Shown: positions 21,787 to 34,253 of the stretch, piece after piece | How positions within the stretch are numbered: position 1 is the stretch's first letter | How the letters are laid out: each line of letters starts with the position of its first letter | Assembly: GCA_023205875.1 (NCBI GenBank) | Contig: CP060759.1 | Coordinates: 1,054,001 to 1,118,000 of the forward strand | DNA length: 64,000 nt | DNA from: Chloropicon primus | Taxonomy: Eukaryota | Direction: 5' to 3' | Translations under genes and position numbers: made by a program | The notes under the pieces: generated by a model | Seen by the model: the letters and a program-made list of their open reading frames with translations, nothing else | The model's database searches: none | Told to the model about the DNA's origin: nothing

Positions 21787-21845
<59 letters not shown>

Positions 21846-22259
21846 GAGAGAGAAAGAGAGAGAACCCACCTGCCCAATGACGATAGGACCCGCTCCGAGG
21901 ATCACTATCTTCTTGATGTCCTCGCGCTTCTGCCCATCGCGGCTCGACCACTCCTGAAAGGCGGGGGCCTCGGGGGCTGCCGCCGAGCGGGCTCGCACGC
22001 TGTCCCTCCTCCCGAGGACCCTGTCCGCCCCCGCGTACTCCGCCTTGGCCCTCACGCAGGCATTCCTCGCGAGCGTCCTGCGAGACACAGCAAGCACGAG
22101 CGCCGTGCGTCAGTACAAGAAAAGATTTAATGATCTCCCCCCCCAATCTTATCTTCCTCGCCGTCGACCGCCTTACCTCTTCTCGGTCCCCGCGAGAACT
22201 TTCTTGGTTCGCTGCTTTGCGGCTGCGGCCTTGTTGCTAAAGACGACAGCCTGCTTCAT
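18460..22259 (-). CDS. carB: Carbamoyl-phosphate synthase large chain, organelle-targeted; exons 22259-22177, 22077-21870, 21648-18460
   Basis: Splicing restores [43 protein letters not shown] and [13 protein letters not shown]. Confidence 0.97.
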
Positions 22260-22514
22260 CTCGTCTCGTCTCCTCTCGCACGTTCCGCACCGCACGCACC
22301 TCTCGGCTCGAGGTACACAACCGCTCTCTCCTCGCGAAAGCCGCCTTCCCTCTCGGAGCAGATGAATGGCTCTCGGGGGAGAGAGCCAGCACGTGAGGGA
22401 GAGGAGGGAGGGAAGGGGATCAGAGATCAGGAGGGGGTCAAGGATTTTGTGAATGAATAGAGAACATGTTCTAGGGTACAACTTTACCTTAGGATGTATG
22501 CATGTCACTGATAT

Positions 22515-23777
22515 TTACGGCTTGGGCTTGAAGACCTGGACTTTGCCGATGTCCTCGATGAGTTCGAAGGAAACGCCGGTTTGTGGCATCGTTTTCCACA
22601 GCAAGTCGCCCATGGAGGCCGCGGGGGTCAGCACGCCGCCAAGCATGTGGATCTCGCCCTTGTGCTCCTCCTTCTTGCTGAGGCACAAGGCCGTGTGGAG
22701 GGACATGGCGCTGGTCAACTTGTAGCCCGGGTCTCCCCCCCTTCCCTTGACCCAAACCACGGCGCCGCTCGCTCCTTCCTCATCTTGCACTTGGCCGTAC
22801 AAGAACTCGTTCATGAACCCGGTCTCCCTGATTTCCTTCGAGGGGCCCTCGCCCGGCTTGGGGAGGACGCCCCAGCGCACGAGCGACCTCCTGGCCCAGC
22901 CACTCGCCAAGACCACGTTGGCGAGGCCCATGAGCAGCGCCGCTAGGATGGCGACCATCCTGCGCTTGACTGCTGTGAACTGCTGGAAGGTGAAGTCCCC
23001 GTACAAGTCCTCCAGCAAGCCCCTCGTGCGGTACACCACTTTGGCGTTTACTGGCTCCATGATGCTCGGCGCGAGGTACGTCTTGCTCGGCTCGTGGTAG
23101 GACAGGGACGAGTAGGGGAGCGCCCCCTCGGCACCCTCGGGCGCCTTGGGGTCCAGGCAGTGGTTTTCCAGCGAGACCCCGACGAAGGACTCTGCCGAGG
23201 CGATCGTGCCGCCGCTGACCGAGCCCTTGCTGGGCCCCGTGAGGGCTTGGACGAATATCTTTTTCCCCTTGGCCCCGCCCACCCTCGCTCTGAGGTGCTT
23301 CACCAGGCCCAAGCTCCCCACGTCAAAGGGAACCGAGTCGTAGCCGCACGAAGTGAGTATAGTGACACCCTTGGACTTGGCCTCCTCGTGCATCTTGAGC
23401 AGCTCCATCTGGTACGTCGCCTCCCCCGTGATGTCGCACAGATCCGAGCCGTGCGCGATGGCTGCCCTCGCCAGCGGAAGACCGTACTTGAGATACGGCC
23501 CCACGTAGGACAACACGACCTTGCTCGAGGAGCACATCTCCTCGAGGAAGGCCGGGTCGCTCCCCGACCCCACGAGCTCCCCCACCTGCTCGAACCTCTC
23601 GTCCACCTCCTTGCATAGTCTCTCCTTGAGTTCCCCCAGCCTCGTGGCAGACCTTCCCGCAATGGCGTACTTCGACCACCCCCCTTCCACCTTGAGCCTC
23701 CTCGCCAGGTGCTCCGCTGCGAGGGAACCCGTGAACCCCGTCGCACCGAATATTGTCACGTCGTACTTTCGCGACAT
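22515..23777 (-). CDS. Saccharopine dehydrogenase-like oxidoreductase (SCCPDH family)
   Basis: IFGATGFTG, AIAGRS, VGPYLKYG, DITGE, CGYDSVPFD, GDPGY, GGVLTPA. Confidence 0.9.
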   Translation of the reverse strand: MSRKYDVTIFGATGFTGSLAAEHLARRLKVEGGWSKYAIAGRSATRLGELKERLCKEVDERFEQVGELVGSGSDPAFLEEMCSSSKVVLSYVGPYLKYGLPLARAAIAHGSDLCDITGEATYQMELLKMHEEAKSKGVTILTSCGYDSVPFDVGSLGLVKHLRARVGGAKGKKIFVQALTGPSKGSVSGGTIASAESFVGVSLENHCLDPKAPEGAEGALPYSSLSYHEPSKTYLAPSIMEPVNAKVVYRTRGLLEDLYGDFTFQQFTAVKRRMVAILAALLMGLANVVLASGWARRSLVRWGVLPKPGEGPSKEIRETGFMNEFLYGQVQDEEGASGAVVWVKGRGGDPGYKLTSAMSLHTALCLSKKEEHKGEIHMLGGVLTPAASMGDLLWKTMPQTGVSFELIEDIGKVQVFKPKP

Positions 23778-23867
23778 CCTCCTCCACTTCTCCAGGCTCC
23801 TCCACTTCTCCAGGCTCCTCCACTCTTCTCCGCCACAAGATCATCTAATGATGATATGTTAGGTGTC

Positions 23868-25202
23868 CTATGTCAGGGGTGGGATGTCGTCGTTGTCGTC
23901 GTCGTCATTGTCATTGTCATTGTCGTCGTCATCGGAGGAGGAGGCCTCGGGAACCTGAGCCGATCTCTCCTTAATGAGAAAGCCCTGGGCCTGATCCGTC
24001 TTGGAGAGGTCTTGGACGATGCCCCGAATCGAAACGGCTCCTCCTCCACCGCTCTTTGGATCGTCGCCGTTCGCAAGCTTGTGGTCCTTCACCACGCTGT
24101 AGTGCTGGTTCACGAGGGAAGCGTTCGCCCGGAGCGTCTGGTTCGCTTTGGGCATCGTGACCACCAGGTGCCCCGTGTGCTTGTTCCTCTGTGCCTGGCT
24201 CTTGTCGGGGCTCACCTCCTCGGCCAAAGTGAGCTGCAAAAGCTTGCCCTTGATCAGAAGGCGGACGTAAGTGGGCTGCACGTCGGCCTCGATGAGGGAA
24301 GTGTCCAGGAACTTCCCCACGGCCACGTCGAGAACGATCTTGGCGTCGTCCTCCGAGTCCAGGAGGGTGAAGTCCCACCTGCCCTCGTTCTTGTTCAGGA
24401 CGCGCTGCCCCTCCGCGATAGGCTCCAGCTTCTCCCGCCTCTTCGTCGGCGGCTTGTCGAAAATCCTGTCCCTCTCGCTCTTCTTCTTCTCCTCGGCCTC
24501 CCTCTCCTCCTTCTCGTTCTCCCTCGCCTCGAGGACCCGGGTGGCTGGGCACCAAGGCCGGTGCTTCTCCCCGTCCTTCTCCACCGCGTTCCTGTCCGCC
24601 TCCTCGAGCTCGTCCTCGTCGTACTCGGGGGGGATCTCCACGTCGACCCAAACGTCCGGGTCCGTGCCCTCGTCGACCAGCTCCTTCCTTAGCCTCTCCG
24701 TGAGCCCGGCGAGCTTCTGCTTGGCGCCGATCCTCTCCGAAGGCTTTATCTCGGTGCCGTCCAGCTTGTTCAAGTGAGGCAAAGTCGCCACCACGAAGTC
24801 CCTGTAGCCTCCCCAGTCCGCGCACGGGTTGCCCGTCAGGTACATCTCCTTCAAGTGCACGTTGTGGCTCAGACTATGGAGCGAAAGCAGGCCCGCCTTG
24901 GTGATGAAGTTGAGCGTCAGGTCGAGCTTGGTCAAGAACTCGCACCGCTGCAAGTTCTCCACCTTCTGAATGTTGTTCAGAGCGAGGTTGAGGTACTCCA
25001 GCTCCTTTAGCTTGTGAAGGTTCTGAATCTTTCCGATCACATTGCTCTGCAACAAAAGGATCTTCAACCGCTTGCAAAGGACGCCGATGACTTCTATCTT
25101 CTCGATATTGAGCTGGTGCAGGGAAACCTCCTCGAGCGTGGACACGATTCCCTCGTTGTGCTCCGACCTCTGCCGGATCATCTGCTCGGTGATCGGCGCC
25201 AT
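23868..25202 (-). CDS. LRRC6: Dynein axonemal assembly factor LRRC6/DNAAF11 (TilB)
   Basis: IRQRSEHNEG..STLEEVSLHQ, LEYLNLALNNI, LTGNPC, and CS-like C-terminus NKNEGRWDF...DTSLIEADVQPTYVR...KGKLLQL. Confidence 0.93.
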   Translation of the reverse strand: MAPITEQMIRQRSEHNEGIVSTLEEVSLHQLNIEKIEVIGVLCKRLKILLLQSNVIGKIQNLHKLKELEYLNLALNNIQKVENLQRCEFLTKLDLTLNFITKAGLLSLHSLSHNVHLKEMYLTGNPCADWGGYRDFVVATLPHLNKLDGTEIKPSERIGAKQKLAGLTERLRKELVDEGTDPDVWVDVEIPPEYDEDELEEADRNAVEKDGEKHRPWCPATRVLEARENEKEEREAEEKKKSERDRIFDKPPTKRREKLEPIAEGQRVLNKNEGRWDFTLLDSEDDAKIVLDVAVGKFLDTSLIEADVQPTYVRLLIKGKLLQLTLAEEVSPDKSQAQRNKHTGHLVVTMPKANQTLRANASLVNQHYSVVKDHKLANGDDPKSGGGGAVSIRGIVQDLSKTDQAQGFLIKERSAQVPEASSSDDDDNDNDNDDDDNDDIPPLT

Positions 25203-25338
25203 GTTGCTGTGCCTCAGTCAAAAACCAACCCAAACCACTACCCCAAAGGCTCAACCCAGATCTTCTCCAAGCTCTGCTCCCCCCACCTCACGCAAGAAGA
25301 CACACAGACACAAGACCAAGCCAGCCAGGGAGGGAGCT

Positions 25339-25680
25339 CGTGTCGTGTCGTGTCGTGTCGTGTCGTGTCGTGTCGTGTCGTGTCTGATCGTTGCAGATGT
25401 TTTCCCCTGGGAATAAGAAGGTTAGAGAATCCTCAAGGTCCCTTGTCCTGTCCTGCGGTTTCCTGTGGTTTCTCCTGTGGTATCCTATGTTCCCGCCCTG
25501 GTTTCCCTGGTTTCTTGATGTCTCGTATCGTATAGGTACCGTTGGCTCCTTTGACTGTCGAGCTGAAATTTGAATGAATGAAAGGATTATCCTGGAGAAG
25601 AGGAAGGGACCCAGGGGTGGGGACGAGACCAACACAACACAACAGAACACGACACGACACGACACGACACGACACGACAC
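25339..25680. repeat. Inverted pentanucleotide arrays (CGTGT)n 25339-25384 and (ACACG)n 25647-25680
   Basis: Directly visible; the two arrays are reverse complements. Confidence 0.9.
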
Positions 25681-26023
25681 CTGTCCCAGGGGGGGGGGAG
25701 CTTGGGAGGAACAAGGGACTTCACTGGGGATTGGGATTTCGTTGGACCCCCCAACTCGCATCACACTCGCTCGTTGGGGACAACCACGAGGGACACACGG
25801 ACACGGACACGGACACGGACACTGGAGGGGTGGGAAGGCTGAAAGAGGAGGAAAGAGGCTATAGGAGTGTCACTGGGTAAACGACGACGAAGAGGTTGGA
25901 CGAGGAGGGACGCGTTGTTGGAGGAATCAGTCACCGTGGCCAAAGACGAGGAGCGCCGCGAATGGCTCTCTTCGAAGGTCGTCCGCTGGGGGGTAGCGTA
26001 GTGTAGTAGCGTCAGAGTTGAAC

Positions 26024-28270
26024 ATGGCAGAGCAGACGACTGAAAGGAAAATGGAGGGCACTATCACCGACAAGCCCAAAGGGAGCGTTAGGGTGTGCAT
26101 AAGGGTTCGCCCGCAGCTGAAGCGCGAGGTCCTGTACAGGCAAGTGGTTGAGGCGGTTTCCGACAAGATTGTGCACCTTCTCAGGGATGGGAGCATAGTG
26201 GAGGCCCAGTTTGACAGAGTCTTCGACCAAGACGTGTCTCAGAAAGAGGCCTACGAGTCGGTGAGCGACGCTGTCGAGGCCGTGACGAAGGGGTACAACT
26301 CGACCATCTTTGCGTATGGCCAGACAGGGACGGGAAAGACCTTCACGATATTGGGCGGCTCCTTCACGGGCAAGGAATCCGTTGCCGCTGCAAGGGACGA
26401 GTCCAGCGCAACCAAGTCTGCGGGCAGGAATGAGCTGCCCCAGTACGCCGGAATCATCCCTCGGGCAGCGGATGAGCTCTTCCACTTCGCCCAGCAGTCC
26501 GCTCTGAAAGCAGAGAAGGTCGACGTGTTTTGCACGTACCTGGAGATATACAACGAAAGGATGCACGACTTGCTGGAGCCGTTCAAGAAAAGCAGGAAGA
26601 AGGACCCCCTCGACGTCTCCCGGAAGAAGGCGGGGCTGGAGCTGAGGGACGACCCGGAGAGGGGCATCTACGTTCCCGGATCGACGGTCGTGAAAGTAAC
26701 GAGCGCCCAGTCCCTTATGAAGATCCTAAGGAGGGGGAACAAGCACAGGACGGTGAGACAGACGGAGATGAACCAGAAGAGTAGTAGGAGTCACACCATT
26801 CTGCAGCTGTCCGTGGAGCAAAAGGTCAACAGAGGCGGAAAGGCCGTGCTCATTCGATCCAAGCTCAATCTCGTGGACTTGGCTGGGTCGGAGCGATTCC
26901 CACAAATGGAGAGCGAGGAGGAGAGGATACAGGAGCAAAGGACGATCAATGCTTCCCTGTCCGCCCTCGCAAACTGCATTGCTTGCATCACGGAAAAGGG
27001 TAGAGTCCACATTCCTTACAGGGACAGCAAGCTCACGCACTTGCTGCAGGACAGCTTGGGGGGGAACTGCCTCACGACGATTGTTGCCACGATATCTCCC
27101 AGCGAGTGTGCCGTGGACGAGACGATGTCTACCCTCAAGTTCGCCACCAGGGCGAGCAACGTGAAGAACGTCGCGACGACGAATATCGTTGAGGACCCTC
27201 GGAGGCAGATAGAAGCCAAGGACAAGGAGATCGAGCGCCTGAGGATGCTGTTGTCAAAGTTCATCTCCGATGATGGTAACACTGACATCTCTGTGCTCAC
27301 GAGCCTGCAAGAGAAGCTGAACGACGCGACCGTGGAACTGGATAGCCTGAGGGTGGAGGCCGCTCACCTGCGGGAGGAGCTCAAGTCAGAAAAGCTGCAA
27401 AAGAAGCAGCTCTTGGGCATCTTAAAGGCCAAGCAAGACGAGCGCTACGAGTATAGGGCGGATGGCAGCTTGTCACGGCAGGGAAGCAGCGGCAGGGCTT
27501 CCAGAACCCCTCAGGACGAAACCAGGTTAGGGCCCGATGGCACCGCGGGGCATCACGGCTATGCCAATTCCGACTCTGGCATGGCTGTGAAGCAGCCGAG
27601 AACGTACGAGGAAGGGATGACCCCCTCAACCAATATGCTCAAGTTCCAGGACAGAATGCGGTCGGAGATTGACTACCAGAACAGCATGGATAGGAAGAAG
27701 AAGTCAACGGGGGCTGCAAAGAAGAAGACGGGGAGGAGCACACTGACAAGCAATTTGCCAGAAAAGACTCCGGGGAATGATTGGAGCAAGATGCAGCAGG
27801 AAATCGACAGCTTGCGCTCGAATCTTGGCATGGGGAACGGCGGGACGCTTGACTTTGAGTCCCAGCCCGTCAACTCTCCCAAAAAGGCTTGGGGAAGGTC
27901 ATCTCTGTTCAGGACATCGTCAGAGCCGCAGCCTCCGCCGCTCATGCCAACGACGAACCAGATGGCGTGGACAAACTCAAACTCTGTGGATGACCAGTTC
28001 AAGCTGAACAAGAGCACTTCCAACCGAAGCGTCTTGGAGCCCCGGACGAACTTTGGCAGGAGCACCTTGGGCCTGGGACAAAGCAAAGCAAAGCCCCCCA
28101 CGATTTCCCGTGCCATTGACGAGACCCAGTTCGACAGGGGGTCCCTCATCTACATTTTGGGCAACAGCTCCTCGTCGGTTTGGGCGAAGAAAATCATGTC
28201 CGACATCGAGAAGGGCAACAGACGGTTGAAAAATATTCAGGGCAACAGGACCCGAGGTGGCTTTGCTTGA
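26024..28270 (+). CDS. Kinesin-like protein with N-terminal motor domain
   Basis: AYGQTGTGKT, LEIYNE, NQKSSRSH, LVDLAGSE, HIPYRDSKLT, followed by coiled coil. Confidence 0.95.
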   Translation: MAEQTTERKMEGTITDKPKGSVRVCIRVRPQLKREVLYRQVVEAVSDKIVHLLRDGSIVEAQFDRVFDQDVSQKEAYESVSDAVEAVTKGYNSTIFAYGQTGTGKTFTILGGSFTGKESVAAARDESSATKSAGRNELPQYAGIIPRAADELFHFAQQSALKAEKVDVFCTYLEIYNERMHDLLEPFKKSRKKDPLDVSRKKAGLELRDDPERGIYVPGSTVVKVTSAQSLMKILRRGNKHRTVRQTEMNQKSSRSHTILQLSVEQKVNRGGKAVLIRSKLNLVDLAGSERFPQMESEEERIQEQRTINASLSALANCIACITEKGRVHIPYRDSKLTHLLQDSLGGNCLTTIVATISPSECAVDETMSTLKFATRASNVKNVATTNIVEDPRRQIEAKDKEIERLRMLLSKFISDDGNTDISVLTSLQEKLNDATVELDSLRVEAAHLREELKSEKLQKKQLLGILKAKQDERYEYRADGSLSRQGSSGRASRTPQDETRLGPDGTAGHHGYANSDSGMAVKQPRTYEEGMTPSTNMLKFQDRMRSEIDYQNSMDRKKKSTGAAKKKTGRSTLTSNLPEKTPGNDWSKMQQEIDSLRSNLGMGNGGTLDFESQPVNSPKKAWGRSSLFRTSSEPQPPPLMPTTNQMAWTNSNSVDDQFKLNKSTSNRSVLEPRTNFGRSTLGLGQSKAKPPTISRAIDETQFDRGSLIYILGNSSSSVWAKKIMSDIEKGNRRLKNIQGNRTRGGFA

Positions 28271-28308
28271 CCTTATGTGCAATATAATCTGTAATTCAGA
28301 AAGCAAGT

Positions 28309-30492
28309 TTATTCTTCATCGCAAAACACTTGGAAGTCATCCGTCTCATCGCTGGTGAAAGCCTTCAAGCGGTCCGCTGGCAATTCCAAAAGGCTCTCGT
28401 CTCTTGTAAAGATGTCATCGTCGTCAAAGTCATCCAGCGCCAACCCACTGCCCACCTCAATACCCCGGGACCTCAGCTCATCGTCGCTCATCTCGTCAAG
28501 CGGCAGGCCTTCCCTCGGCGCGCAATTCCCCAGACCACCTGCCGCTCCACTGAACAACCCGTTCTCCTTGTCCTCCACCTCTTCAGCACAGAACTTGGCG
28601 TTCCCAGGCTCTTGCGCCTCGCTGGTCGAAGGCAGGAAGGTGGTATCCTCGTAGATTTCCAGATCGAACCCAGCTCCGGCGTCCTTTCCGACGGACTGCA
28701 GGCCGAAGTCCAACTTCTTCTGGTGGGAAAACGGAGCCGCCTGCACCGAGCTAGATGCCGCAGGAGTTGTGATTTTCTTGCTCTTTTGTGATGTGAACAT
28801 GGCATCAATCGTCTCGAAGGCCTCTTTCGTGTACAGAGTGACGTCCTCCCCCTGTGAGGTACCCACTTCCAGTTCCGACTGGACATCTTCCTCACCAATG
28901 GTGAGTGCCCGCATGTCGTGCAGGAGCAAAGCCCTCCTCTCCTCGAAGCTAAGGTCCTCTCCCGTCTCTGCATCCTTGACGTTGAGCTCGTCATAGGCCA
29001 TGACCGTCTCGCTCGGTTTGACCTTTGACTTTCTCGAGGATCCCTTCATGGCGGAAGAAACGACGCCTTTCCTCGCGGAATCCCCGACGTGCCCGTCCGC
29101 TCTCTGCCTCACGGTGGACGCGGGATCGGTCCCGAGCGCGAAGGGCGTGGGCTCCACGAACTCCTCGTCCACGAGAATGTCCAGGGAGGGCGCGGCTGGT
29201 GCACCTGCCCCGGGCTGCTGCTGCATGCCAGGCCCCGCGTTCGACTGCGCGATACTATAGGTGTTCCACTTGGACGCCGCTTGCTCATTCTCCTTTGAAA
29301 TCTCATCCTGCGTCTGAAGCCTGTTCCAGTCGGGTTGGGACTGCTCCGCCGCCCCTTCCTGGGCAATGGTTGACAAAGCGTTCCTCACAACGCTGTTCTT
29401 GTTGGTGTTCATCTCAGAAGGCGTGTCGGCGTAAATGCTGAACTCCTCGTTGTTGTTGTTGTTGTTGCTCCTGGCCTGTTGCTGCGCTGCCGCTGGAGTT
29501 GCCTGCACAGGCGTTTGAAACACCCCGGCGTTTTGGCGCCTGTCCTGCGAGAAAGGAGCAGACCTCTGGATGCTCGACAGAGCGTGCCTGCCCTGGCTGC
29601 CTTGCGTCATGGGAGTGGCTTGCAAGGACCTCCTCGCATCCCTCTCTGCTCTCTTCGCCATCCTTTTGTGGAAACCAGTCAGCTTCTTCCTCAGGCGGTC
29701 CAGTGGCATTGCCATGTTCGCTATCCCCAGGTCGTAGACCGCCATGGCTTCCTTGTGGCTCCCCCTCTTTTCCAGACACAGGGCGTACGCCTCGTAAAAC
29801 AGAGCAAACTCCTGCCCAATGTTGTGGACTTGCAGGAAGCGAAAGATGTCTTCGGGGTCTTTCACGAGGTCGGCGTACTGGATCCAAATTCGAAGCATCC
29901 TCGCGTCCCTTTTGCACTTCTCGTCCTCGAAGAGGTCGTTCGTGCACCTCTCGAGCAACTGGACCAACGCGGTCTGCTTGCTCGCTGCCGGCAACGCCGT
30001 CTGGTACCACTTCAGGTAAAGCACCCAAAGCCCAAGCTTGTCATCGCCCTCGTATGAGGTCAGCTCCGCCTCGAACGACCTGTTGAGTCCAAGGGAGAAG
30101 GGACCAAGCGTTGATCGGTCAGCGTGCCGCGCACGAAAAAGAAAAGAAAAGAGCAACGCGGGAGAAGGAGGGAAGGCCTCTCGTGGAACCTGCGTGCGGC
30201 GGTCCGAACGAACCCTTCGCTCTCTCCCGATGAGCGAACGAGCAAACGGCCGGTCTTACCTCTTTTTGTCCTCGAACTCCTGCGTTGCCTTTTGCGCGGC
30301 CCTTCTGTCGCCCGACACGAGCCCCGTGGCCTGCTTCAAGGCCTCGGCACTCCTGCCGACCTTGACGGGCTGCAAGTTTTCCTTACTTGTCTCCCACTGA
30401 AACCCCTCTTGTTCTTCCTCCTTCCTCGCCTCCCTCTCCATTCCCGCTGCAGGTTCGGCGGGTTTCGCGAAGACCTGACCCTCTCCTTCCAT
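28309..30492 (-). CDS. MAD3: Spindle checkpoint protein MAD3/BUBR1 (no kinase domain); exons 30492-30260 and 30079-28309
   Basis: WETSKENLQP.KVGR KEN box, TPR region with IGQEFALFYEAYA, GLEBS-like DLSFEERRA. Confidence 0.88.
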
Positions 30493-30864
30493 TTTCTCTC
30501 CTATATCTATATCTATATCTATATCTCACGCAACCTCTTGTTCCCTCCTTCCCCTCCCCGGGTTCGACCTCGTCGCCCTCCGTCGCCACCCCGCCCTCTC
30601 CGTCTGTCGTTTTCCCCTCCCCTTCGAGCGCGAACAATTTCAAAAAAAAAATCAATCGAGCCCAGGAGGGGTGCTCGTGCTGGGGGAGGGGAAGAAGGAA
30701 GGAGCGCCGGCGGTCTTCGCTGTGTGAAAACGTGCTACAATGATTGATGATTGATGCCATTTCAAAGGAACTCGCGGTGCTTCCCTGGTGGCGGGACGAG
30801 GGATCAGCGAGCGAGTCGCTATCCCGACTTTATAGGAGAAGATGAAAAAAAGGCGGGGCGGTTC

Positions 30865-33761
<2,897 letters not shown>

Positions 33762-34253
33762 TTCGGGCTCTCCACCTTTCCCAAGAAGAAAGACGTCGTT
33801 CCAAGGGCTTTCTCTAGTGTAATAAAGAAGAAGATGAACAAGTCACTTGCGGCTGTTTCTCTCCCAGAATGGTCCAAAACCCCTTTCCTCATCATCCTAT
33901 CCTTCCTATCCTATCCTTCATCTCGTCATCTCCTGCATGCTGGGCCTCTTCGCGTGGCTTCTTCATGGGGGGCCATACGAACAGACGTATAAGGCCAAGG
34001 CAGAGATCGCAGAGAGCGGATGGAGGGCAGGAGGCCTTACCTCCTGGGAGTGGGCGAGGGGAATGAAAGATCTGGATAATCACCTTCATCGAGCACATCG
34101 AGCACATCAAGCGCATCACCAAAAACCATTGCTCAAAGAGGAGACACGACTTTGGGATGGGGGTGATGTGCTCGTGACAAGTCTGCAAGTGGTGTGACCA
34201 TGATCTCCGTCTCTTGATACAGCGGGTGCTTGTGTACCAAAGTTATAGTCGTG

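Noticed and set aside
33847..34197. 116-aa ORF upstream of the PA-domain gene
   Set aside because: TTG start, no recognisable motif, no supporting signals.
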